Below are positions 12,701 to 24,478 of a stretch of 64,000 nt of DNA, one piece after another. Numbering within the stretch: the first letter of the stretch is position 1; each line of letters begins with the position of its first letter. Origin of the DNA: Octopus sinensis (lineage: Eukaryota); contig NC_043006.1 in the NCBI RefSeq assembly GCF_006345805.1, positions 43,276,001 to 43,340,000 of the forward strand. The letters are read 5' to 3'. Both the position numbers and the translations under genes were made by a program. The notes beneath the pieces were generated by a model. It ran no database searches and was not told where the DNA came from. It was given only the letters and a program-made list of their open reading frames with translations.

Positions 12701-15700
12701 TCTACTAATGAGGCATTGGTCAGTCTGAGACTATGGTATGGACACTTACCCAGTATACTTCTGTCCAGTGAGAACAAAACTGGAGCCATGAGGCAGTGAG
12801 ACAAACTTCCTAACCATCCAGCCATACATCTGTCTTGACAGGAATTAATTCCAACCTTTGGAAATTTACCTAAAAAAGGGAACCTCCTTGATTCTACAAA
12901 CTACCAACACTGCTAACATCTCAGAATTGATTGAAATAACTTATTCTTTCAATTCCTTCAAACTCTTGTCCTTCTCACTGTGTGAATGGCTTTGTGGTTA
13001 GGATGTTGGCCTCGTGATTTCAATTCCTGGACTAGGAGACGCATGGTGTCCGAGAACAAAACACTTTGAATCATGTTGCTTCAGTTACTAGCAATTCGAG
13101 TAAAGCTATGACGGACCAGCGTCCCATCCAGGCAGGAATATTGGCCCAACAGAAACTGGGGCACTGGCCCTATGAGTCTAAATGACTCAGAAAGGACTTT
13201 TCTCTTTCTTTCTCTCTCCTATCTTCTATTGAGCCATATCTGTTGACCCTTTCAATACCAACCTGTCTGAAATCATCTCTGGCTCTGTAGTACAAATGCC
13301 TTGTTTCCGTTAAGTTTTGGATTAAAATCTTCCACCAAACCTTAGTCACAATTTATGTTCCTAACACCAACTTAATGATAGCTAAGTTATTTTACTAAAT
13401 TCTTTGTCATATTTAAAATTAATTGAAAGAAACACAGAGCATCTCAACAGAAATATGGTAACAAAAGGGTTAAAGTCACCATATTTTTAACCCTTTCAAT
13501 ACCAAACCAGCTGAAATTGCCTCTGGCTCTGTTAATACAAATGTCTTGTTTTCATAAATTTTGAATTAAAATCTTCCACCAAACCTTAGTCACAATTTAT
13601 GTCCCTAACACTAGCTTAACGATAGCTAAGTTATTTTACTAAATTCTTTTGTTATATTCAAAATTAATTGAAAGAAACACAGAGCATCTCAAAATAAATA
13701 TGGTAACGAAAGGGTTAAAGGCTTTCTCTTTTGTATTGTCCATCAGAGGTCTTTCATCCTGTAGAACCTTTAACCCTTCGGATACCAACCCATCTGAAAC
13801 AACTCTTGGTTCTATGTCACAAACCTTACTGCTTTACTTACTGATCTAAATTCTAATCTTTCATCAAAGTTTTATGTTAATTTGTTCCAGACACCAGCTT
13901 AATAATGAGAAAGATATTTTACTAAATTCTTAATTATTTTGAAAATCAATCAAAACAAGGCAATATATTAGAAAATTACTATTTTTGAATCTCACAACTT
14001 GAGATATTCAACAACAGTACTTTGTAGTAAAGATTGTTTGCCAACAGAACATGGCAGTCCTAGTTTAGGACTAATGTTGCTGTAATTCAGCCCCAGGAGA
14101 CATCTTCTCCAGCTGAATACCTCACGTTGCTGAATATCTCACATTGTGAGATTTAAAAATAGTAATTTTCTAATTTATGAATCAGTGACTAGTTGTCACT
14201 TTGAAAACTATATATTTCAAATGGGAATTTGGCAGCGAACAATTATTCTGTGCTGATGAAGAGAAATAACCCAGAAATCGTGATACACAGATATTGTTTT
14301 GAGCTGAGTGGGGGTGCTAGATTCTCTTGTTCAAAAATATAAGGACATAGATCATATCGCATAGCCAGCTGGAGATGATGTCTCTTGGGGCTAAATTACA
14401 GCAACATTGGTCCTAAACCAGGACTGCCATGTTATGTTGGCAAACAATCTTTATAACAAAGGCAATATATTTTAACAGAAATATATTGACAAAAGGGCTG
14501 AATTTCTACTAATAGATTTCATCTATGTGCAATCTGTGGAGGTGCGTGGCTTAGTGGTTAGGGTGTTGAACTCATGATCATAAGGTTGTGGTTTCGATTC
14601 CTGGACTGGGCAATGCATTGTGTTCTTGAGCAAAACATTTCATTTTCACGTTGCTCCAGTCCACTCAGCTGACAAAAAGGAGTAATCCTGCGATGGACCA
14701 GCGTCCCATCCAGATGGGGAATTTATATGCCACTGAAACCGGGAAACCAGCCCTTATGAGCCTGGCATGGCTCAAGAAGGAACATTTATTTATTTTATGT
14801 GCAGTCTAAACATCACAGAACAATCTTGTCCTCTTCAACACCATTAAGACTCTGTCATCACACATCAAGAAAACCTTATTGTACTTCACCTTCTCTACAT
14901 CAGTTCATCTGTGATTGCCCACTATGATCAAGGACATCACATGGGAGAAGTACCACAATGTGTCCAGCTGTGGCTGATCAGTTCGATGCATGCTTAAAAG
15001 GCTCTGCCATAGGTCAGGTACTGGTGGTCTGCTGGGACTGAAGATGTGGACTTGGCTCTGGACTCGTGCAGTTTGCATTTTCTTTGTGCCGCTGAAATAT
15101 TGTTCTGTTTGTAAGAGGTGGCCTCTCTGTTGGTGCAGATTTGCCAGCCAGGGCAGTTTTGCACTTGCATTTCCCAGGTGTCGGGGTTGATCTCAAAGCT
15201 CTTCAGAGAGGCTCTAAGTGTATCCTTGAAGCATTTCTCTATTCACTTTGTGTGAGCTTACCTTCTACTAGTTCACTGTAAAACAGGCTTTTGGGGAGTC
15301 ACATGTCAGGCATTCAAGCAAGGTGGCCTATCCACCTGACCTGTGCTCTCCTCAGCTGCATGTAAATGCTTGGCAGATCAGCTCAAGAGAGGACCTTCAT
15401 GTCTGAGACCTTGTCTTGTCAGGTGATTTTCAACAGCTTCCTCAGGCAGTTCATGTTCTCTACATATCAACAACACACAACTAAAGTTACCTGCCAATAG
15501 ACTCTACCCATCTCTCCCTCTTTCAACTAGAAGCTTCTTCTTAGACAACACCAATGCAGCACACACTGACCAACTGCTCTCTACATTCAACCTATACAAC
15601 AGAAACCTGAAACATCATTGTCTCCTATGCTATTCTTTCTGTACATTAACAACAAACTTGCTGCCACTGCTAACAACACACAGTCCTATGCAGACTGAGA

Positions 15701-18700
15701 CTGTCCTTCACTTTCCTTTAACACATTAACCACCATGGTCTGTCACTGGAACTTACCAGTGGTGCCACATATTTCTACTGTTTAATTACAAGGAAATGTA
15801 ATTTGTTTTGCATTTCTACAATATTTCATAATTAAACTTTAATATTTCGCACTTATGTTATCAGAATATCCTTGAAACCATGTCAAAGATACAGAATAAA
15901 ATATTTTCTCAAATTATGAAAACATATCACCAGTATGCATATAGTGGTAGTGTGGGATTTGCGATGAACCAGCAATGGCACATGTAGCACTTAACATGTT
16001 AAACTTCTGTACATAGAATTTCATCCATGAGCAACCTAAAACCTCATAATAACCTTGTCCTTTTCAACAACATAAGCATTCAATTATTGCTCATACCACG
16101 AAAACAGTCTTGTACCTCACTCTCTCTTTCTACACATGCAACTAAAGCCCTTTCAAAGGTACTTATTATACTTGGCATCACAGTCTTTGAGAGGTCTTTC
16201 ATGACAATCTCACATATACATTGAACCCCAATATACATTACTGCCTCAAATCCTAGGGCTCATAGGACCAGTGATTCAGCTCCTATAAATAACCAAGATC
16301 ATAACATTTCTCCTGGATGGGATACCAGTCCATCAAAGGTTTGCTTCTTTTCAGCAGAGTGGATTGGAGAAATGTGATGTTAAGGGCTTTGCTGAAGAGC
16401 GCAATGCACCACTGAGTCTGGAAATCATAAACTTAATCTTGGGATCAACAGAACAAGATTTTAGCCAATAAGTCATGCCTAACAATTGAAAAACAGTCTC
16501 ACAAAATCTAGGGTTATTCTTTTAAGCCCAGAAGTCAATCTCATGCAATTAGACATTTTACAAAGCTTAAGTAAGATGCATATGCAGGATGGTGCTGAAA
16601 AGAACACCATTCAACAGATTGGCAAATATTTAGTTATTAACATACTTAAGCCACTAGCTCACAGATAGTGCAGGATTAACCATTAAGCAAAGTAAGCACA
16701 TGCTTACAGCGTCAAGGAAAGAGGAACATCACAAAAGTGGTAAATGGCTTACAGCACAAAAGAAATCACTTTAAACTTGCTAAAATAATACTTGAATTGG
16801 TTTATATGATTGGAAATACAACTTTGAAGTGTTCATGGTGTCATAATGAGAATCTGATCAAAGACTTTGCAATTAAAAAAAGTAGGAAAAAACTTTTCAA
16901 ATATAAATGAAGTGGAAATATACAAAAATAAACATTATTTTCCATCATAATGTTAGTTTTGTATCATTTTGAAAACTAAGAATTTATTTTATGGTTTATT
17001 ATTGTTTATATCTTGAATTGCATATACATGAGGGCACCAAAATCTTTTAAGAGCTCAAGGCCTCTATGGGTCTCAATCTGGCCCTGCGCACGGGTATACT
17101 GTTTCCACTTTCTGCTTCTCTTGCTACTCCAATAACTACTCAGCTGACCGCCAAGGTCGACTTTACCTTTCATCCTTTCAGGGTCGATAAATTAAGTACG
17201 AGTTGCATGCTGGGGTCAATCTAATCGACTGGCCCCCTCTCCCCAAATTTTGAACTTTGTGCCTAGAGTAGAAATGAACCTCTACTCAGCTGATCTTGCT
17301 AATTTCATATTCCTTCCACCTGACCAAATCAATACACCTGTCTCTCTTCCTTTCATCACTTGTACTGCATGTCCCCTTCTTCTCAGATTCCACCTAAAGC
17401 ATTTCACCTCAATCCTCCCTTTCCTTTCCAGTCCTGCAACCGTTGGAATCTCCAACTCACCCACATTTATCTTCCAGCCATTGACCTTCAATTGTTCCAA
17501 CTGACCATTAATCACATTGATCTCAACAGACTTACAAAAGGTTATGGGCACTTAACTTCGTTTTCCAACAAAGTCAGATATATCAGGACGATTTAAAGGA
17601 TTAACTGCAGCCCAGAGGGAAAATATTTTATTGACTTTCCTTTATATTTTTTCATATCACATTTTATAAATGAAAGCCTCTTCGGTTACAGATGTTCAAT
17701 GAGTCAATCATTTATGAGAGCAAAAGTGAAAAGGAAGCCTCTGGGAAATTCAAGGGTATTTTTTTTTTTTGCTTGAAAGCACAATTTCATTGTTTTGTCT
17801 GTTGTTTTTTTTTTGTGTATGTGTTGCTGATGTTTATATCTTTTATTGAGATTAATCAGCAAGGTAATAAGCTTAGTGTTGAAAAAAGATGGAATGTCTT
17901 CTTAGCTAGTAATGACTTACTAGACTGCTATTCAGGTAATGTCCTCAATAGAAGAAGGGATACCACAATAAATGCCACGTATCAATATCTGAGTTTTGTT
18001 GTACTTCAAGGAACTTTATGTCAGAGACTCCTCCCCACACATTCCAGAAGACCATCATTTATAATCCTCACAGTTCCTGTCATGCACTGTTAACAATGTC
18101 TGGCAAGGGAGATAATTCCCTATCTGTAAAAAACCCATAAAGCATTTCAGAATATTACAGTGGCATTTGTTCCAGTTCTTTACATCCTAGGTTCAAATCT
18201 TGCCTAAGTCAGCTTTGCCTTTTATTTATCCTTTCAGGGTCATTAAAATAAAGTACCAGCCAAGTACCATGGTTGATGGCACTGTAACGAAGATTCAAAA
18301 GATGATCAGACATCACAAGCAAAAAACCACAGTTTTATGTGATCAGTCTATTAACCAATCAATCAACATGAAGCAATTCCATGGACAGGTTTTCTTGAAC
18401 GTTCTAGAATTTGACTTCTGATCCCCTGTAAAATCTATTCAACGATAGGTGTAGGAGTGGCTGTGTGGTAAGTAGCTTGCTTACCAACCACATGGTTCTG
18501 GGTTCAGTCCCACTGCATGGCACCTTGCACAAGTGTTTTCTCCTATAGCCTTGGGCTGACCAAAGCCTTGTGTGTGGATTTGGTAGACGAAAACTGAAAG
18601 AAACCCATCGTATATATGTAATATATGTATGTATGTATGTATGTATATATATGTATGTATGTTTGTGTGTCTGTGTTTCTCCCCCCAACATTGCTTGACA

Positions 18701-19022
18701 ACCGATGCTGTTGTGTTTACGTCCCCATAACTTAGCAGTTTGGCAAAAGAGACCAATAGTAAGTACTAGGCTTACAAAGAATAAGTCCTAGTGTCGATTT
18801 ACTCAACTAAAGGCGGTGCTCCAGCATGGCCACAGTCAAATGACTGAAACAAGTAAAAGAGTATGCATTTTTATCAGCCAGACAACCCAGGAGAGTGGTT
18901 AAGACTGATGGCACAGATAGATGACAAGAACCTCTGTCACCACAAATACAACATAATTATTTCCAGTTATGTTGAGCAAGCTACAGGTTGCCATATCAAC
19001 TCCAAGCAATAGGTTTCTCTCA
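9076..19022 (+). CDS. Tentative chain of four small phase-compatible exons (9076-9110, 10355-10417, 17692-17755, 18967-19022), product unknown
   Basis: Each has an AG acceptor and GT donor and is open in the chained frame: KMVLDFNGQTF / FTNIADMAYDFKLKQQYNNIY / MFNESIIYESKSEKEASGKFK / VMLSKLQVAISTPSNRFLS. No homologue recognised; such signals arise by chance in AT-rich DNA. Confidence 0.2.
9206..9430 (-). mobile_element. SINE family A, 3' half
   Basis: Tail plus 3' body directly adjacent to the full copy at 9438-9888. Confidence 0.85.
9438..9888 (-). mobile_element. SINE family A, full length with long (CA)n/(TA)n centre
   Basis: Same consensus; A-box/B-box-like head at the right end. Confidence 0.9.
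12982..13200 (+). mobile_element. SINE family D (tRNA head, CORE-like segment, GATGGACCAGCGTCCCATCCAG motif), decayed
   Basis: Aligns by eye to 14537-14790. Confidence 0.7.
13243..13473. mobile_element. piggyBac-type MITE, copy 1
   Basis: Ends TTGACCCTTT...AAAGGGTTAA (TTAA+CCC termini); ~230 bp and closely similar to the adjacent copy. Confidence 0.8.
13487..13718. mobile_element. piggyBac-type MITE, copy 2
   Basis: TTAACCCTTT...AAAGGGTTAA termini; near-identical internal sequence to copy 1. Confidence 0.85.
13769..14502. mobile_element. Related piggyBac-type MITE split by the 13971-14458 insertion
   Basis: Starts TTAACCCTTCGGATACC and resumes at AAGGCAATATATT...AAAAGGGCTGAA; AAGGCAATATATT is duplicated on both sides of the insert. 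Confidence 0.65.
14237..14299 (+). ncRNA. Type I hammerhead ribozyme-like motif, stem II decayed
   Basis: TCTGTG-CTGATGA-agagaaataaccca-GAAA-TC-GT-GA-TA-CACAGA: 6-bp stem I plus distal GAACAAT/ATTGTTT helix, intact core, minimal stem III, AUA cleavage triplet (after 14285). Confidence 0.65.
14537..14790 (+). mobile_element. SINE family D, full length
   Basis: A box TGGCTTAGTGG, B box GGTTTCGATTCC, CORE-like GTGTTCTTGAGCAAAAC...TGCTCCAGTCCACTCAGCTG. Confidence 0.85.
14950..15466 (-). pseudogene. BovB/RTE-like LINE ORF C-terminal remnant
   Basis: Minus translation LRKLLKITWQDKVSDMKVLS..DLPSIYMQLRRAQVRWIGHLARMPD..LPKSLFYSELVEGK resembles the post-RT region of RTE-clade LINEs; stops and frameshifts present. 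Confidence 0.8.
16235..16480 (-). mobile_element. SINE family D, decayed
   Basis: Reverse complement of the CTGGATGGGATACCAGTCCATC and AGTGGATTGGAG motifs of 14537-14790. Confidence 0.65.
16669..17087. mobile_element. hAT-derived non-autonomous element
   Basis: Imperfect TIRs (GCAGGATTAACC / CTCAATCTGGCCCTGC) and internal IKDFAIKKSRK resembling a hAT transposase C-terminus. Confidence 0.55.
17148..17275 (+). mobile_element. SINE family B, 3' part
   Basis: AAGGTCGACTTTACCTTTCATCCTTTCAGGGTCGATAAATTAAGTAC; the central domain resembles Meta/MESC-type SINE domains (inference from memory). Confidence 0.75.
18447..18862 (+). mobile_element. SINE family A, full length
   Basis: AGGTGTAGGAGTGGCTGTGTGGTAAG head through AAGTAAAAGAGTA tail. 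Confidence 0.9.
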
Positions 19023-19249
19023 GTATGTATTTATTGCTGTTGTTATTTGTGAAAGGTCACTGCAGTTTGTTTTTATGCATAATAATAAAATCTTGTTCAA
19101 TGTCCACAGGTGCTGTTTATTTACTTCTACACACAGCCCAAGAAACATATTTTCATTCACCAACTAAAACAATCAACACCACAGATTCAGCTGACAACCT
19201 TCTTCCCTTAAAACTGATGGCCTTGTACCCAAATTAAAAGCCATTCTGT

Positions 19250-19336
19250 TTTTCATCCTTGAATGTTATATATGGTCTGCATTGAACTAAACATTCAACT
19301 CTACCACCAGTTTCTAATGCAATACCTATATGTCTA
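19250..19336 (-). pseudogene. Penelope-like RT N-terminal fragment
   Basis: Minus translation HIGIALETGGRVECLVQCRPYITFKDEKQN; homologous to 39085-39254. Confidence 0.6.
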
Positions 19337-19767
19337 GCCAGAAATGTTAGCACACCGGGCGAAATGCTTAGTGGTATTTCATCTGCCTTCACGTTCTGAG
19401 TTGAAATTCTGCTGAGGTCAACTTTGCCTTTCATTCTTTCGAGGTCAATAAATTAAGTGCCAGTTGCATACTGGGGTTGATCTAATCGACTGGCTCCCTC
19501 CCCACAAATTTCAGGCCTTGTGCCTAAAATAGAAAAGAAAATTTTTAAGGCAGCGAGCTGGCAGAAATGTTAGCACGCTGGCGAAATGCTTAGTGGTATT
19601 TCGTTTGTCTTTACGTCCTGAGTTCAAATTCCACCAAGGTCGACTTTGCCTTTCATCATTTTGGGGTCAATAAATTCAGTACCATTTGCATACTGGGGTC
19701 GATCTAAACGACTGGCCCCCTCCCCAAGAATTTCGGGCCTTGTGCCTAGAGTATAAAGAAAAAAAAG
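19337..19767 (+). mobile_element. SINE family B head-to-tail dimer (dimer A)
   Basis: Two monomers joined by TAGAAAAGAAAATTTTTAAGG; flanked by AATACCT(A/G)TATG at 19321 and 19768. Confidence 0.85.
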
Positions 19768-20219
19768 AATACCTGTATGGTCTATCTTATAAATTAATAG
19801 AAAAAAGGTTCAACAGTTATCCTTTATCATTTACTTGTTTCAGGCAAGATTGTGGCCATGCTGGGGCACCACGTCAAAGAACTTTTAGTCAAATGAAGCA
19901 ACCACAGTATTTATGTTCTTTTTTAAACTTGGTAATTATTCTATTGGTCTCTTTTGCTGAACTGTTAAGTTATGGGGATGTAAACACACTGACACTAGTT
20001 GTCAAGTGATGGTGGGCGACAAGCACACATAAAGTTACACATACACACACACTAACACACATATATTTATATATCATCATCATCGTTTAACATCCATCTT
20101 CCATGCATACATGGGTAAGACAGTTCACAGGTGCTGACCAGGTAGAAAAACTGGTTAAACTTCAGTTTCACACCTGGGCAAAAAAAATATATATGTATAC
20201 ATACACACACACACACACA

Positions 20220-20252
<33 letters not shown>

Positions 20253-20473
20253 CATACACACACACACACACACATATATATATATTATAATTTAGAACAA
20301 ATAGTAAGTTGTCATTATAGTACTCTGAGTTTCAAATGTTGGAGTGAAAAGTTACGATGCTTTCTTGTTGGCTATTTTTTGTTTTCACTTTTTATGATTA
20401 TTGTTGTTGCTGTTGTTGTTGTTATATATGGTGGTTGTCTACTCCTTATGTAGAATCTGACCACCTCTTGTAC

Positions 20474-20690
20474 CTACACCTTAGAACCCTCATGGCATCT
20501 GATGTGGCTTTTTAAACCAGACAATGTTTTGAAAAGACACCCATATAAATTGCAAATCTGATTTAGACCACCAAGAGCTGCAGTTAAGTTCTGATCTTTG
20601 TGAATCTTAAAATGTCCTTTGACGATTTCATGAGATTTGCAGACCTTATGGCATACATGGCATTGAAAGGTATGCACAGATATATAGGCA
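20474..20690 (-). pseudogene. Non-LTR retrotransposon C-terminal zinc-finger remnant
   Basis: FQCHVCHKVCKSHEIVKGHFKIH...ICNLYGCLFKTLSGLKSHIRCH then stop; no TGEKP linker; GLKSH ending typical of RTE-type ORF ends. Confidence 0.55.
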
Positions 20691-21004
20691 GAATAGTTGG
20701 TGGAGGTTTATATAATTTGAGCCCAGCAAAAGAAAGGCATGATCTATATATATATATGTGGCAGGCTTCATCCAGTTTCCATCTATGAAATCTAATTACA
20801 ACACTTTGGTCAGCCTAAGGCTTTAGTAGGAGACACTTCCCCAAGATGTCATGCAGTGGAACTGAACCCAGGACCATGTGATTGGGAAGCAAACTTCTTA
20901 CCACTCAGCCAAAAGATATTGAAAGTATTAGCCCTAAAGATTAGTAATGAGACTCGCTTACACATCATCATCATCATGGGCAACATCATCATCATTGTTG
21001 TCAT

Positions 21005-21315
21005 CATCATCATTTAATGTTTGTTGTCCATGCTGGCATGGGTTGGACGGTTTGACCAGGGCTAAAAGGCAATACCAGACCCTAGCTTGATTTGGCATGG
21101 TTTTTACAACTGGATGCCCTTCCTTATGCCAACCACTCTGAGAGTGTAATGGGTGCCTTTATTTGTCACTGGCACAGGTGCCAGTTGTGTGACACCAGAA
21201 TCTGCCATGACAACAATTTCACTTGGCTTGATGGGTCTTCTTCTCAAGCACAGCATAATGCCAAGGATCTCAGTCATCTGTCATTGCCTCTGTGAGGCCC
21301 AACACTCAAAAGGTG
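21005..21315 (-). mobile_element. RTE LINE 3' end copy (ORF end plus tail), decayed
   Basis: CATCATTTAATGTTTGTTGTCCATGCTGGCATGGGTTGG...CTGGATGCCCTTCC...GTGAGGCCCAACACTC. Confidence 0.75.
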
Positions 21316-21348
21316 TTTAATATTTTAGATATTGCCTTGAATCTAAAC

Positions 21349-21540
21349 CAGTGGTTCTCAACTTTTTTATCCAGACCAGGTCCAAAACCTGGGTTTCTTT
21401 TTTTAGGAGTCCACACCACAAAAATATAAAACACAAGTCAATTAAGGAAAAATTTATATTTATAGGAAGACCTACGAGGGCTGCTGGAAGGACTTTTGAT
21501 AGCTGCATGTGAACCTGGGAGCTGCAGTTAAGAACAGCTG
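21349..21540. mobile_element. hAT (Charlie/MER-type) MITE
   Basis: TIRs CAGTGGTTCTCAAC / GTTAAGAACAGCTG; 8-bp flanks ATCTAAAC / ATCTAGAT (6/8). Confidence 0.7.
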
Positions 21541-21613
21541 ATCTAGATACTAATAAATATCTTTTAGCAAATCAATTGAATAGCTACAACACACACACAC
21601 AGATAAGAATTGG

Positions 21614-21796
21614 GTGACTTGACCATAATGGGCTCTTCTGTTAAGAGTTAAGTGTCTTGACAACAATAGATTTTTCCATTAACAGTTTAAATGACTTAGC
21701 CATAAGTGATATTGTAATAGACTTTTTTGACTAAGAGTTAAGGGACTTCGCCATAATGGACTCTTCCATTTGGGAGTTATGTGACATAACCATGGA
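21614..21796. repeat. Degenerate ~38-39-bp minisatellite, about 4.5 units
   Basis: Units at 21614, 21652, 21691, 21742 and 21781; consensus about GTGACTTRRCCATAATRGACTYTTCCATTAAGAGTTAA. Confidence 0.65.
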
Positions 21797-22265
21797 TACG
21801 GTACAGTGCTGGTAAAAGGATAATGAATCACCAGCCTCTTGGATGTTGAACATCCAAGAAGAGCTAGCTAACTTGGTCGTTTCAACTTTTAAAAACAACT
21901 TATCTACAAACAGTGTGAAACATTACAGCCTTCGTTCTATAGCTTATTAGCAGGACATAACTGGATTGCTGGCTGCATCAGTGAATTTGTTGCACTCAAA
22001 AATACTGATTCACCACCAGGCAGCGTGAAATCTTGCATCACTTCCTGGGAACTAAAATAGTTGCAAAGTCCATAATGTTCCTGTTTTCCTGTATTCTATG
22101 GAGCATGGAAATAATTTTTATTTATTTACACGGTTATTGATCTATTTTGTTTTCGATCATTTGACCAGAACTTATTAGATCTGCTCTAAACAACAGCAAC
22201 AACAATTACAGCAGCTACTGCGACAACCACAGCAACAACCACAACAGGTGCATAACAAATATTAG

Positions 22266-22960
22266 TTAACCCTTTTGTTACATTTTTTTTCTTTTTTTCT
22301 GATCAAATACAATATGGTTAGTGCAATTAATTTCTGGAATAAAGAAGAATTTGGTAAAATAACTTTGTCATTATTAACCTGGTGTTACAGCAGCGAGCTG
22401 GCAGAATCATTAGCATGCCAGACAAAATATTTTATGCTCTGAGTTCAAATACCGCCATGGCCAACTTTGCTTTTCATTTTTTCAGGGTTGATAAAATAAG
22501 TACCAGCTGATCATTGGGATCACTATAATTGATTGACATACTCTCTACCCCAAAATTGCTGGCCTTGTGCCAAAACTTGAAACCATTATTAACCTGGTGC
22601 TTAAGACTTCAAGCTGGCAGAATCATAAACATGCCTGGCAAAATGCTTAGCTGTGTTTATTTCAGCTTTACATTCCGAGTTCTAATCTTGCTGAAGTAAA
22701 CTTTGACTTACATCCTTCCGGGTTCAACAAAAAAAAATCCCAACCAATTACTAGGTTTTATGTAATTGGTTAAAACCCTGACCTTGAAGCTGCTGGCCTT
22801 GTGCCAGAATTTGAAACCATTATTGAGGGTTGCTTGGAAGAAATTGATATAATATTTTGATAAAAGATTTTACTTCAGATCAGTAAATGGAAATTTGTCA
22901 CAGGGCTAATGGACAGCTAGAGAAATAATCAGGAGAAGAACTCACATCAAGTAAGCATTT
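22266..22960. mobile_element. piggyBac-type MITE interrupted by two SINE family B copies (about 22388-22585 and 22604-22825)
   Basis: TTAACCCTTTTG start; CATTATTAACCTGGTG duplicated around the first SINE; MITE sequence resumes near 22830. Confidence 0.65.
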
Positions 22961-23412
22961 TGACCAATTAGTTCCTGATGCACTAAAAGACCTGGGCCAA
23001 CCTAGGTCATGACTCCTAGGTGTCCTTCTGCTGTTTTCAAACTGCTATCTTTAGTGAAGACTGAACCTGGAATCTTTAGATCATTTTATTTCTTTCATCT
23101 GTGTTGTCACTTGGTCACAAAGACCACTGAAAGAACTTGCCCTGTGGACCCATTTCAACCTGGATTGTCCTCCAAATACTTTCTATTCAATAGCTTGCAA
23201 TATTCTATTTCACCTCTGGTTGTCATTTCACTTTGCCAATAGCCTCATTAGCTCTTCTCAGCTGTGTTTGACAGGCGTTTCATTGGTGCTGTTCTGTTGC
23301 AGCACTTAATTCTAAGTTCACCCAGTCAGTAGTTGGAACATAAAGGCTACAACAAACCCACATGCTCCAATTTCTTGTGCCACTGTGTGCAATGATATCC
23401 TTTTTGTCAGCT

Positions 23413-23796
23413 TTTTCACAAGGTCATCATATCTTCTGGTGTTCATATATTTGGCTCTCATAAGGGACTGTCAGCTCAACCAAAAGGATCCTGCTCCCAA
23501 GATCACTTTAAAATGGGTAGTTTGCTTTATAGAACCAGGGGTGGTCTTAGACCCATTTGTATCGAAAGAGGTACTGGTTGAAAAGGAAATAGATATTTTT
23601 CACAAGGTCATCACATCTTCTGGTGTTCATATATCTGGCTCTCATAAGAGACTGTCGGCTCAACCAAAAGGATCCTGGCCCCAAGATCACTTTAAAATGG
23701 GTAGTTTGTGTTAGAGAACCAGGGGTGGTCTTAGGCCCATTTGTATCAAAAGAGTTAATCTCCAGCACATACTGGTTGAAAATGAAATAGATATTC
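23413..23796. repeat. ~185-bp local tandem duplication within a decayed LINE-like remnant
   Basis: TTTTTCACAAGGTCATCA...CCCATTTGTATC occurs twice in succession. Confidence 0.8.
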
Positions 23797-24316
23797 CGAT
23801 ACTCCAGTCCTGCTTGAATAATTCAGTAATCCTTCAATGTCAAGGTCAAGTAATAACCTTGACCTTAGGTCAGGGCCTTGACACTTTCCACACTTATAAA
23901 TACTAACAATTGTGATCTTAAGCGCTCATCCACAATAAATCAGGTTCTTCATTGAGTAAAGTAAAATGGCGACTGGAAAAATTGAAAACATGTCTGAGAG
24001 GGTGAATGAGGGTCTGTGAGTTAAAGATGTACATGATACAGTGGCGATGTCATTTGTCAGTGTATATGTATGTTTATCAATATATACGTATGCATGCAGG
24101 AATGTGTGTGTATGTGTGTGCAAATACAGTTCTATATGCATGCATGGGCTTTTATTTGAAGATATATACATGTATATTTGTATGCATGTATATATATATA
24201 TACATACATATATGGTGCTATTAAGTTAGACATGGCCTGGGCCTGTACTGGCTGAAACCTATCAAAGTTATAAATATATGTATTTATGCATATATACATA
24301 CATAAATACATATATA

Positions 24317-24356
<40 letters not shown>

Positions 24357-24447
24357 AATATATACAAACTCATATATATATACATATATATATGTATATA
24401 CATATATATATATATATATACATACATACACATATATACATACACAC

Positions 24448-24478
<31 letters not shown>

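Noticed and set aside
14537-14612. tRNA-like sequences with A and B boxes (heads of SINE A, B and D)
   Set aside because: They run directly into SINE bodies and no complete cloverleaf is evident.
17282-17551. 89-aa minus-strand ORF, possibly a LINE endonuclease start
   Set aside because: Similarity too weak to call by eye.
20474-20677. Host C2H2 zinc-finger gene (a family expanded in octopus)
   Set aside because: Only two irregular fingers, no TGEKP linker, and a GLKSH-stop ending typical of LINE ORF termini.
22879-22950. Exon-like segment with good acceptor and GTAAGC donor
   Set aside because: Stops in all three frames, and the sequence aligns to the piggyBac-type MITE.
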